From NCBI GenBank assembly GCA_016839605.1, contig JAEOTX010000128.1, positions 1 to 17,525 on the forward strand: a stretch of DNA of 17,525 nucleotides. Reading direction: 5' to 3'. Positions 8,347-17,047 of this stretch are shown here, one piece after another. Both the position numbers and the translations under genes were made by a program. The notes under the pieces were generated by a model. That model searched no databases. It was not told where the DNA came from and worked only from the letters and a program-made list of their open reading frames with translations. The first letter of the stretch is position 1, and each line of letters begins with the position of its first letter. This DNA is from Candidatus Thorarchaeota archaeon. Its GTDB lineage: Archaea; Asgardarchaeota; Thorarchaeia; Thorarchaeales; Thorarchaeaceae.

Positions 8347-9805
8347 CAAAGAGGAATACAACCACGACAACAGCTCCAACTGCGAATGCCGCTACAGCAA
8401 TGAATGGGCCGAATATGACAAATGGATCATTAGGCCAGATTTCCGCTAGTGCGTTCCCCGCGGCAAGCCAAGAATCTGCGATACCCAATAGATGATCAGA
8501 TATCTCATTCAATGTGTTCTGGTGAGTAGTGAGAACAGCTTCAAGATCCCCAGTTGAATTGTAGGTTTCAGCCATTGAAATGAACAATGATGCGACTGGT
8601 CCAGTATACTCAGTCAAGTTGTTTGGTGAAACCAGCGTCGAGTTGTCCGTAATCGCCTCGAAATGGGGTAGAGCCATCCGACCCGCACTCAAGAAATCTG
8701 ATAGGTCAACATCAGGCATTAACCCAGGGAGACTCTCCAGGGCAGTTCTATAGGAGAGATACTGAAGACTGACTTGAGCTTCAAGTCCAAGTCCTAGAAA
8801 CATCAGAAGGGATGCCTTGAATTCTCGCTCACCATCCATCCCTGTGAACACATCAAAGAACTCCATGAGGCCTTGCACTGTGAAGTCTTGGCTAAGTCCT
8901 CTGAAAGCCCCTTCCCCGAAGTCCCAGAGAACAGCGGTATTTGGATCTGCATAATAGGAATCTGCAGTGCCAAGCAGCCTATCACGAATGTACTCTCCTA
9001 GGAACATGCTTGGGTCCTCTGCAGGAGTACCACCGGACTTCAGAAGCACAGTTATGTAGAATCTATCTGACCAAGCTTGAATCAGGGTAGAGTAGGTTAT
9101 CTTCGTGTAGTTACCTCGCCCATCCACTGGATATCCAAAGTTGTCTCCAAACGAGCCCACGCCAGGATCAATGATGGTAGCCGATGAATCTGTATCATTG
9201 TACCCAACTACCAGGATTCCATGTCCTCCTCCAGAGAGTCCTAGGTCTCTGAGATAGTCATAGTCAGCCGCAGGAAGCCAAGCAGGATTCACGCTTATGA
9301 GAAGAGGATATCCTTCATCGATTGTTGACCGCATAAGGGTCAGTGCATCACTTTGCCCATCAAGTGTTTCAACATTGATTCCACGACCCTCCCACACCTC
9401 GACTAACTGATCAACTGACGGAGTTGAACTGCCAAGGTACATAGTCAAGTCCAGACCATAGAGGTCTGCCAAGAATTGCGTAGGCTCAGCCTGCATGTAG
9501 ATTGCTCCAGGATACATCAACCAGGTGTCATTATATCGTACGGAAGCAAACGAAAGTCCCACACTTGTTGCTGCTAGGACATCATGAAGGTCTAATTCAA
9601 CGCCTGCTGCTTGAACTGCAGTAGAGGTTGCTGCCCATGCACACAGTCCATTGATCTCCTGCCAGACGTACGGCACATCCTGAACTAGTCCTTCCGATAG
9701 TGGCGAAAGTGTATGATTCGAAGGAATCTGCGCTTCCACTGAAAGCTGTGGAGCAAGAAGAATTACTGCAATGATTGTGAGTGCTATGGCACCGGACTTT
9801 TTCAT
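8324..9805 (-). CDS. Secreted, C-terminally anchored papain-fold cysteine peptidase-like protein (C39-like/BtrH N-terminal-like)
   Basis: Signal peptide [18 protein letters not shown]...VEA. VPYVWQ(49)EINGLC(55)[14 protein letters not shown](195)GILVVGY, IID(213)PG. C-terminal TM followed by RK. Confidence 0.8.
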   Translation of the reverse strand: MKKSGAIALTIIAVILLAPQLSVEAQIPSNHTLSPLSEGLVQDVPYVWQEINGLCAWAATSTAVQAAGVELDLHDVLAATSVGLSFASVRYNDTWLMYPGAIYMQAEPTQFLADLYGLDLTMYLGSSTPSVDQLVEVWEGRGINVETLDGQSDALTLMRSTIDEGYPLLISVNPAWLPAADYDYLRDLGLSGGGHGILVVGYNDTDSSATIIDPGVGSFGDNFGYPVDGRGNYTKITYSTLIQAWSDRFYITVLLKSGGTPAEDPSMFLGEYIRDRLLGTADSYYADPNTAVLWDFGEGAFRGLSQDFTVQGLMEFFDVFTGMDGEREFKASLLMFLGLGLEAQVSLQYLSYRTALESLPGLMPDVDLSDFLSAGRMALPHFEAITDNSTLVSPNNLTEYTGPVASLFISMAETYNSTGDLEAVLTTHQNTLNEISDHLLGIADSWLAAGNALAEIWPNDPFVIFGPFIAVAAFAVGAVVVVVFLFVRKTPSQ

Positions 9806-9934
9806 GATTCTTCAATCCTCTCAACAACTTTCCAATCATAAGCATGTCGCTGGAGGAATAAATGAACTACTTCGTCTAGGATGGATTCAAGATAATCATG
9901 AGATTTTTTAGATAGCCTCAGAACTTCATATGCT

Positions 9935-11488
9935 ATGTCGCAACCCTCTGTTGTTCATCCGATCAATATTGGAATGCTGCTTACCCGGATTGCACAATGT
10001 CGCCCTAATCATCTTGGGATTGTGTTTGAGGAAAAGCGGCTGACGTTTAGGGAATTTAACCAAAGTGTGAATCAGATTGCCAATGCATTACGTGGTTTGG
10101 GGATAGACAAAGGGGAAAAGATTGCTATTGTGCTACCGAACTGTCTGGAGTTACTGGAACTATACTGGGGAATTGCGAAACTGGGTGCAGTGGCCGTCCC
10201 ATTGAGTACGCTGCTCATGAGCTCCGGGCTCAAATCGCTCATTACGGATTCGGATGCGAAACTGGTCGTGACGAACTCCCAGTTTATCAACATTTTTGAA
10301 GAGATAAAACAAGAATTACCGAATGTGGCGTCAGATGCCTATATTCTCATCGATAAACCCTCGAACAAGGGTTACCAAGACTATCACGCCCTCAAGGCAG
10401 TAGCCGATGACACGGAACCGGAGAGCATTGAAATTGACGAAGATGATCCATACAATATCATCTATAGTAGTGGAACAACTGGAGTACCCAAGGGAATCGT
10501 GCTCTCCCATTATGTGCGAGCCTTCTATGCCTCATTGTTCGCTTCGAGTTTTCGGATGTCGCCGGAAAGCGTTGTCATTCATGGAGGTTCTATTGTATTC
10601 AATGGGGCGTTCGTGACCTTGATGCCAGCCATGTTGATTGGAGCGACCTTTATTCTGATGCCCAAGTTTGATGCCCAAGAATTCATCGAAACTGTCCAAC
10701 GTGAAAAGGCGACCCATGTGATAATGGTTCCTTCACAATTGATTGCGATTCTCAATGCTCCTAATTTCTCCATCGAAGCCTTGGAATCACTAGAAATGAT
10801 TTGCTCCGTGGGCGCGCCTTTACATATGGATGTCAAAGAGCAGCTCAATCACGTTCTGCCAAACCGGTTTTATGAACTATATGGGTTGACTGAAGGCTTC
10901 ATCACAATATTAGACAAAACGCATTATACCACTAAACCTGAATCTGTTGGAATTCCACCACCATTTTTCCAAATCCGCATTATGAATGACACAGGAGAAG
11001 ATGTCCCATTTGGTGAAATCGGTGAAATAGTTGGGCGAGGACCCACACTAATGACTGAATACTACAAACGTCCAGAATTGACCACCCAGGCTATCAGAGA
11101 GGGGTGGCTCTATTCAGGGGATTTGGGCTACGTCGATGCAGATGACTTTCTCTATTTGGTGGATCGAAAGAAGGACATGATCATTTCGGGGGGTGTGAAC
11201 GTCTATCCCAAGGATATCGAAGAAGTTGTCTCTCAACATCCCGCGGTGAAAGAGGTCGCTGTCTTTGGAATTCCCGATCAAAAATGGGGGGAAACCCCTG
11301 TGGCTGCGGTAACGCTAAGACAGTCTTATATGGTCACGTCTGAGGGACTGCTGCAATGGGTGAATGCAAGGGTGGGGGCGAAGTTTCAACGTGTACGCCA
11401 AGTGGCGATTCTTGATGAATTTCCGCGCAGCATATCTGGTAAAATCCTAAAACGAGTCCTACGCGAGCAGTATGCTACTGACAAGTAA
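9935..11488 (+). CDS. AMP-dependent acyl-CoA synthetase (class I adenylate-forming, long-chain fatty acid-CoA ligase-like)
   Basis: YSSGTTGVPKG, ELYGLTEG, YSGDLG, DRKKDMIISGGVNVYP, SGKILKR. Confidence 0.95.
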   Translation: MSQPSVVHPINIGMLLTRIAQCRPNHLGIVFEEKRLTFREFNQSVNQIANALRGLGIDKGEKIAIVLPNCLELLELYWGIAKLGAVAVPLSTLLMSSGLKSLITDSDAKLVVTNSQFINIFEEIKQELPNVASDAYILIDKPSNKGYQDYHALKAVADDTEPESIEIDEDDPYNIIYSSGTTGVPKGIVLSHYVRAFYASLFASSFRMSPESVVIHGGSIVFNGAFVTLMPAMLIGATFILMPKFDAQEFIETVQREKATHVIMVPSQLIAILNAPNFSIEALESLEMICSVGAPLHMDVKEQLNHVLPNRFYELYGLTEGFITILDKTHYTTKPESVGIPPPFFQIRIMNDTGEDVPFGEIGEIVGRGPTLMTEYYKRPELTTQAIREGWLYSGDLGYVDADDFLYLVDRKKDMIISGGVNVYPKDIEEVVSQHPAVKEVAVFGIPDQKWGETPVAAVTLRQSYMVTSEGLLQWVNARVGAKFQRVRQVAILDEFPRSISGKILKRVLREQYATDK

Positions 11489-11512
11489 TAGAGATTCTTA
11501 CTCCAAGATTCT

Positions 11513-12193
11513 TCAGATTTCTATCAATGTACCACTACTTTCTGGTGTACATGACAATGTACCTCTAACATCTATATTGTCAAGTCTTACCCAAAAATTG
11601 CCTGTTGTGACCTCACAAGTTAGATCCTCATAGACCACTGAATTCGTTATGTTCATCCAATTATCACCTGGACAGTTTATTCCATGGTGAAAGTATATGG
11701 TGTCGAAGCTTGCATTGCTAGCAGTTAAGTTAAGGTCACCATGTCCTGCCAAAGCCTCGATATCAATAGTATAAGCCCTATTGATGGTTACATTGACAAA
11801 AGCTCTTGCATCGCCCTTATTCAAAGCACAAACATCAGCGGGATTTTCCTTCAATATCTGAATTGTAACATACCTGCCATTCCCACTGTGTGTTACTTGG
11901 AGATTCGTGTTTTTCCCTTTCGCTCCATCAACAAGGACCGTAAGTTTGTATTGGATTTTGATCATGAATCCAGGATCATCTACTACATAGAATGTTGCAT
12001 TGTGAAAACAAACGTCATAGTAGATTGAAATATTCTCAGCACTTGAATAGGTGTCTTCTTGGATAACTACTGTTTCATCATACTCAACTATTGGCTCCAA
12101 AGTAAGTAAGACATACAAGCCGCCAATAATAATGGCAGACATTAGTAACACAACAAAGAGGATGCACATTGATCGTCTTCTCATTAGCTTCAC
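11513..12193 (-). CDS. Hypothetical N-terminally anchored extracellular beta-rich protein (possibly DUF4097/adhesin-like)
   Basis: RRR followed by a TM anchor, repeated short beta-strand units (GDLNLTA, GDNWMNI, GNFWVRL, GTLIEI), six sequons. Start may be ATG 12184. Confidence 0.65.
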   Translation of the reverse strand: MKLMRRRSMCILFVVLLMSAIIIGGLYVLLTLEPIVEYDETVVIQEDTYSSAENISIYYDVCFHNATFYVVDDPGFMIKIQYKLTVLVDGAKGKNTNLQVTHSGNGRYVTIQILKENPADVCALNKGDARAFVNVTINRAYTIDIEALAGHGDLNLTASNASFDTIYFHHGINCPGDNWMNITNSVVYEDLTCEVTTGNFWVRLDNIDVRGTLSCTPESSGTLIEI

Positions 12194-12347
12194 TTTCCAT
12201 ATGCCAATTATATCAAGAAGATCCTATTTCATTTCGTTCGAGATATAGCTAGTTCAATCAATTTCTTAGAATATTATTAATCTTCTTTGGAGAGAGCTAC
12301 CCTTTGCTCCATGATGCTGAAGTGAGATAGAGTAGAAATCACAAAGG

Positions 12348-12788
12348 TCATGCTATTCCTAAGTATTGTAGAACTAATGATATCGAGAAGAACACAATCA
12401 TCACGAGAATCATAACTGCAACAGTCCGAGAGTAGTTCTTTGGTGTTATTTGATCCTCACTGTCCATTTTCCTAATCAGTGGATAGAGCCTCCAATAGAA
12501 GGTTGATATCGATACTACTAATGCCAGAACTCCAAAGAATTGGACAACTGGATCACCTAGAATTATTATCACTGTCAATAATGAGAGGAAGATCAATTTT
12601 GTACCTGCAACCCAATTCACCAGATATTTGGCAAAGTCGTGTATTTCAGGATCTTGTTTTGATTTCTCCCAGGCATTGAATACGCCTACACTATTGGCCA
12701 TTGTTGAACCTGGTTTGAAATACATGACAAGAACATTACTGAGTTCCATCAAAACAAAGACACTTACTACAATGATTAACAGGCTCAT
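12348..12788 (-). CDS. Hypothetical 4-TM membrane protein
   Basis: Four hydrophobic helices with structured-looking loops (ELSNV, NSVGVF, NWVAGTK, FYWRLYP, ITPKNYS). Confidence 0.75.
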   Translation of the reverse strand: MSLLIIVVSVFVLMELSNVLVMYFKPGSTMANSVGVFNAWEKSKQDPEIHDFAKYLVNWVAGTKLIFLSLLTVIIILGDPVVQFFGVLALVVSISTFYWRLYPLIRKMDSEDQITPKNYSRTVAVMILVMIVFFSISLVLQYLGIA

Positions 12789-12857
12789 TCGCTGCGCTTC
12801 AGTTCCAGCATTATTAAGGTATTCTTGCTCATGCCTTTCCTAATGACGCATGGAGAA

Positions 12858-12899
12858 TATAGCATCTCAGAATAGGTAAGTCTATAGCATCGCTGAATA
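12858..12899. repeat. Two-copy 17-bp direct repeat TATAGCATC(t/g)C(a/t)GAATA with 25-bp period
   Basis: 12858-12874 TATAGCATCTCAGAATA and 12883-12899 TATAGCATCGCTGAATA (15/17 identical), in a divergent intergenic region. Confidence 0.7.
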
Positions 12900-12947
12900 T
12901 TCAAAGTGGATTAGGAAGAGAGAAACGAATATCCCAATGAGTAGAGG

Positions 12948-14165
12948 ATGGTTGTAGTAATGAGCAGACAAGAGAAGGCTAGTGAAGCAGAAACTGAGAT
13001 TCAATTTGGCGTTCGACATGTCAGGTGGTTTGTGAATTTCATTGCAGAGCCAGGTCTTGTTGGTGATGAACTTGGTATAATCTGCTCAAGTCTGGCGGGA
13101 AAGATCGAACATGCATTGGTAGAAGACCCTGCGATTGACAAACTAGCAATCAAAGTGGATGTCAGCTGGAGCCACATTGCAGAGATGAATATGGAAGAGA
13201 TGACATGGCTAGGCATCCTCAAGATCCAAACAGACTTAGCTCATGCTAGAATTGATGTCAAGGACATTCAGAATGTTTCGATACGTTTGAGCAAAGTGTT
13301 GATGGAGAATTTTGGAGACCTCAATCGACAAGGTCGTATTATGTTTGACATAGACTCGCCTCTCTATGTAATTCTATCCACAGACAAAACAGATCCAGAA
13401 GTCGAAGCATGGGATACGCCTACCATTCAGCGATACAAGAAAGCGTTAGGACCGTATTTGGGACTATATAGTGGGCAATGGCCAGATTATAGTGATGAAC
13501 TCTACAACCGACGAATTGAGAATAATCTTTCCAATCGGACAACTGAGTTGCATTTCTATGCCAGAAATAGCGCGTTCCTCTATATTGAAGGAGAAGGATA
13601 TGAGAAATATTGGAACTATGTTGAGGACGTGATGGACCCGCCGTTAGTTCGAGCGCGTGGCGTCATCTTCGTGATGTTGAAACTACAGGAGTTAATCCAA
13701 CGCTTCCTTGAGGAACTTCCAGAACTCAGAATACAGGATATTTCCATTATAGAAGAAAAACAAGCAGAGCTTGAAAGCACAAATCGATCCCTCATGCAAC
13801 TAATCTCGTTAATTCGTCGAGAGGATATGATTAACATGCGGGCGCATGCACGAACGTTAAATGACCACTTGATCAATCTATTCCGAATTGAGGAAGTGCT
13901 CTCTCATGTCACATACGAGCTGCAGTATGTCCACGAATCTGTTCAGCTGATATATGAGGAAAAGAATCGAAACATTCAGGAAAGCCAAGAGCGGCTCTTT
14001 CTCTACTTAAGCATCATTCTGGGAGCTTCAGTCGTCACTGAAGCGATCAACATCTTGATAGCGCCCTTTGAAGGAACTTTGGAGTTTTTGACAATACGAT
14101 ATTCAATGGCGCTTTCAATTATCGTGATATTTGGGTTCATTATCTATAGAATCCTCAAAAGATAG
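12948..14165 (+). CDS. Hypothetical protein with CorA-like architecture (alpha/beta domain, long helices, two C-terminal TMs)
   Basis: About 345-aa soluble region with long amphipathic helices, then TM1 LFLYLSIILGASVV, TM2 YSMALSIIVIFGFIIY and basic tail RILKR. No GMN motif. Start may be ATG 12960. Confidence 0.65.
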   Translation: MVVVMSRQEKASEAETEIQFGVRHVRWFVNFIAEPGLVGDELGIICSSLAGKIEHALVEDPAIDKLAIKVDVSWSHIAEMNMEEMTWLGILKIQTDLAHARIDVKDIQNVSIRLSKVLMENFGDLNRQGRIMFDIDSPLYVILSTDKTDPEVEAWDTPTIQRYKKALGPYLGLYSGQWPDYSDELYNRRIENNLSNRTTELHFYARNSAFLYIEGEGYEKYWNYVEDVMDPPLVRARGVIFVMLKLQELIQRFLEELPELRIQDISIIEEKQAELESTNRSLMQLISLIRREDMINMRAHARTLNDHLINLFRIEEVLSHVTYELQYVHESVQLIYEEKNRNIQESQERLFLYLSIILGASVVTEAINILIAPFEGTLEFLTIRYSMALSIIVIFGFIIYRILKR

Positions 14166-14228
14166 CCATTTGAATTCGGGATTTGGAGGATTAGCTTTGT
14201 CAGAAGATATAGCGAAGAAAGAGACGGG

Positions 14229-14259
14229 ACGACCTCTTGGAGGCCGCCCATAAGGTCGT
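14229..14259 (-). terminator. Stem-loop between convergent genes, followed by a pyrimidine-rich tract on the minus strand
   Basis: Minus strand ACGACCT-TA-TGG-GCGGCCT-CCA-AG-AGGTCGT then CCCGTCTCTTTCTTC, starting 4 nt after the stop of CDS 14264..15109. Confidence 0.5.
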
Positions 14260-14263
14260 GATT

Positions 14264-15109
14264 CTATCTGCCGCGAACCTTAACCACGAATACTATGATG
14301 ATCACGACTGCAACTACTGCAACGCCACCAAGTAACAGCTCCATGGGAATTTCCGCTGGTGGTGGTGGTGGTGGAGTAGTAGTGGTAGTTGTAGTGGTTG
14401 TCGTGGTTGTGGTGGTGGAGGTGGTTGTAGTTGTTGTGGTTGTTGTGGTGGTTGTAGTCGATTCAATACCATCGTCAATCACGATGTTATCGATGCTGCA
14501 TCCATAGTCAGCCATGAAACCAAAATAGTCATACTGCGTAACATCAGACGAATGTTCGGAATCAATTACAAGTTCGTCATCTATCCAAATATAGATATTC
14601 GAGGTTGTGTTTCTGACTATTTCAAAGTGGTAAATTCCATCACTGAAATCTCCAAAACTCCCTACATATTGGCCCTCCCCCGCCGCACCTCCCCATCCAC
14701 CGTTATTGTGCTTGTGAAGTGTAATAACGTGATTTAAGATGCAAACCGACCAGCCACGTGCTGCGTCTGTTCCTCCGGTTGATGCAAAGACAACTTCAGA
14801 CCAATAATTGTCCCGGAAGTGTAGATCGAATTCCCATACCCCTTGAGCTACATTACCGTCTCGAGTGATGTAGTTGTATGGTGGTTGGCCAGTTTCAGTA
14901 CCCATCATTTCGTAATTGGTGATATTGAAATCACCTGTCCGAATATTCCATTCCCAAAAAAGACCATCATTAAAATCGTCCGACCATACCGGCACAGCGG
15001 TTACAGAAATGGGTCCTATACAGCCAACTATTAGGACGAGTGTTAGTAAGACACCAACTCCAGTCAAAGTCAAATTGACTACATCGGGTTTCTCTGCAGT
15101 ATCCGTCAA
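14264..15109 (-). CDS. Secreted cell-surface protein: ConA/LamG-like beta-sandwich, poly-Thr/Pro stalk, C-terminal TM anchor
   Basis: Hydrophobic signal, WSDDFNDG...W, G.WEFD, YHFEIVR...IYIWIDDELVI, IDNIVI, T-rich/P6 linker, TM plus KVRGR. SD GAGGAG before the TTG start. Confidence 0.8.
   Translation of the reverse strand: MTDTAEKPDVVNLTLTGVGVLLTLVLIVGCIGPISVTAVPVWSDDFNDGLFWEWNIRTGDFNITNYEMMGTETGQPPYNYITRDGNVAQGVWEFDLHFRDNYWSEVVFASTGGTDAARGWSVCILNHVITLHKHNNGGWGGAAGEGQYVGSFGDFSDGIYHFEIVRNTTSNIYIWIDDELVIDSEHSSDVTQYDYFGFMADYGCSIDNIVIDDGIESTTTTTTTTTTTTTSTTTTTTTTTTTTTTPPPPPPAEIPMELLLGGVAVVAVVIIIVFVVKVRGR
14357..14459 (-). repeat. Low-complexity ACN/CCA codon run encoding a poly-Thr plus poly-Pro linker
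   Basis: Degenerate trinucleotide repeat (GGT/TGT/AGT on the plus strand) within CDS 14264..15109. Confidence 0.9.
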
Positions 15110-15130
15110 TTGCTCCTCTCCTGGCGAATC

Positions 15131-15176
15131 CTGATTTTTCGAGTTATCAAATCAGTGCAAGTTCTTCTATTTATAA
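15131..15176 (-). promoter_or_regulatory. TATA-like box (TTATAAAT, 15176-15169) and inverted repeat CTGATTT-N11-AAATCAG over the expected start site
   Basis: Arms read directly at 15131-15137 and 15149-15155, upstream of CDS 14264..15109. Confidence 0.45.
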
Positions 15177-15287
15177 TATCCCAAAATAAGCAAATAAAGT
15201 GCATAGTGAATAAACAGATTGAGGACTTAGACCAGAGAGCAACGTTTATGGGGTTGATGAGAAAAGAGGGCTTGGAGTGCAGGTCTG

Positions 15288-16370
15288 TTGAACTATCATC
15301 TGGTCTTGACACGTAGATGCAATCTCAATTGCCAATATTGCCATGGCGGAGAACAGACTGGACCAGATACAGAAATCCAATACTCTATGGATGATCTTTC
15401 TGCATTCCTAGAAAAGGACGATGATATTCAACTCATGCTCTACGGTGGAGAACCTACACTTCGAGTTCCATTAATCACTGAATTGATGGCCCGGTTTCCT
15501 AAAGCTAGGTTCATGCTTCAGACCAATGGACTCCTTTTGGATCAAATCCCCGAAGAGGATGTGAAGCGATTCCATTCTATCCTTGTTTCGATTGACGGTA
15601 CTGAAGAAACAACTGATGGGTATCGATCTGAGGGAGTGTATAAGAAAGTCATCAAGAATGTAAGATGGCTGAAAGAGATTGGCTACGAGGGAGATACCGT
15701 AGCTCGAATGGCAGTCTCGGAGCAGTCAGATATCTATAGAGATGTTAGACACTTGCTCCATTTGAGAGAGCCTTCATTTGACCATGTGCACTGGCAGCTC
15801 AATGTTGTCTGGGATGCTGAGGGAAACTGGCATGATTTCGATGGCTGGCTAAACAACTCCTACAACACCGGGATTTCACGTCTAGTTGAGGAATGGATCA
15901 CGGCCATGAAGACCGGCGTTGTCGAAGGAATCGTTCCATTTCTCCCACTGATGCACTCACTTGTTATCTCCGAGGATTCAGAGCTCCGATGTGGGTCAGG
16001 CCGTGACACCTTTGCGATCCATGTTGATGGCTCAATTGGTATTTGCCCCATCTCACCTGATTGGGAGTTCTCCATTGTAGGGAGCATCAAGGAATCCTCA
16101 CCTAGAGACCTCAGAAATGTGATGCATGTCGATGAGCCCTGTCCTTCTTGCGAGATATTCGGAATTTGTGGCGGCCGATGTCTCTTTGCTAACAAGCAGC
16201 GACTCTGGGGAGAAGAAGGGTTTTCGAAGGTCTGTGACAGTGTGAAACATTTAGTAGTCTCACTCCAAAAACACGTGCTCACGGTGAAGCAATTAATCGA
16301 GGATGAAGTAATTTCAATCGGAGATTTAGAATATCCCGAATTCAACAATGGATGCGAAATAATCCCATAG
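15288..16370 (+). CDS. Radical SAM/SPASM protein, AF0577 (TIGR04084-like) family
   Basis: CNLNCQYC, YGGEP, QTNG, VSIDG, HVHWQLN, SPASM cysteines (LRCGSG, ICP, CPSC...CGGRC, VC) and terminal FNNGCEIIP. Family assignment is from recall. Confidence 0.88.
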   Translation: MNYHLVLTRRCNLNCQYCHGGEQTGPDTEIQYSMDDLSAFLEKDDDIQLMLYGGEPTLRVPLITELMARFPKARFMLQTNGLLLDQIPEEDVKRFHSILVSIDGTEETTDGYRSEGVYKKVIKNVRWLKEIGYEGDTVARMAVSEQSDIYRDVRHLLHLREPSFDHVHWQLNVVWDAEGNWHDFDGWLNNSYNTGISRLVEEWITAMKTGVVEGIVPFLPLMHSLVISEDSELRCGSGRDTFAIHVDGSIGICPISPDWEFSIVGSIKESSPRDLRNVMHVDEPCPSCEIFGICGGRCLFANKQRLWGEEGFSKVCDSVKHLVVSLQKHVLTVKQLIEDEVISIGDLEYPEFNNGCEIIP

Positions 16371-16371
16371 G

Positions 16372-16875
16372 TTACAAGTCTTCTTCTTCTTCGATTAGCT
16401 CCTCGACCATGCTCTTCTGCATGGTAACGATTACTTCCTTGAGCCGTTTCATTCTCCCAGTTTCTTTGTATCCGAGGTTCTCGTAAAATGAGAGCTGCTC
16501 TTCAATCGCACCATAGACCTCGACTTCAGTAATTTGCGCGCCCCGAGATGTAAGGAGGTTCTCTGCATACTGCATCAGAAGTGTGCCAATACGTCTGCCT
16601 CTGAACCTCTCAAGCACGCCTAGCCGAGAGATAACTCCGGTTTGGCCACTCAACCGTACTCGCATTGTCCCTACTATTTGATCTCCAACAAGAGCCACAT
16701 ACTGATCGCCCATCTGAATATGACGTGCAATCTTGGAGAGACCTTCTCTGAGCGCTGCAGGAGTACGGGAAAGCTGTTTCTTCACGGGCTTATATGCCTC
16801 AACCACGATAGCCTTGACTAGATCTACCTCTCCTAGTTCGGCTCGTCTAATCATGACCTCAGCATAATCGTACAT
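16372..16875 (-). CDS. GNAT family N-acetyltransferase
   Basis: Motif A ISRLGVLERFRGRRIGTLLM and motif B FYENLGY. Acidic tail EEEEDL. Confidence 0.9.
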   Translation of the reverse strand: MYDYAEVMIRRAELGEVDLVKAIVVEAYKPVKKQLSRTPAALREGLSKIARHIQMGDQYVALVGDQIVGTMRVRLSGQTGVISRLGVLERFRGRRIGTLLMQYAENLLTSRGAQITEVEVYGAIEEQLSFYENLGYKETGRMKRLKEVIVTMQKSMVEELIEEEEDL

Positions 16876-17047
16876 CGTGCACGCTTCCTCGCGACATTCT
16901 CTGCCTCTATTTAGATAACCACACTAACATATGAGATTTGGGGCGTGCACAAATTTAGCTCATGATTCGAGCCATCAGTCTTCTTTCAGTTTCTTCCATT
17001 GATAGCATAGATTTCATTAGAGAGAGTGGGACTATACATTGCAGATA

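Noticed and set aside
12858-12899. Direct repeat as a mini-CRISPR or target-site duplication
   Set aside because: Only two 17-bp copies with an 8-nt gap; no cas genes or inserted element.
14357-14459. Repeat region as a CRISPR array or contingency microsatellite
   Set aside because: No repeat-spacer structure; degenerate in-frame codons fully explain it.
14295-14507. Poly-Val/Gly ORF on the plus strand
   Set aside because: It is the antisense reading of the poly-Thr/Pro linker of the minus-strand gene.
15106-15316. 68-aa ORFs on both strands as a radical SAM precursor peptide
   Set aside because: They span the divergent promoter, overlap neighbouring starts, and show no leader/core pattern or clear RBS.
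16876-17047. Repeated CGTGCAC and an imperfect ATGAG-ATTTG/CAAAT-CTCAT hairpin between the GNAT genes
   Set aside because: Too short and imperfect to distinguish from chance by eye.
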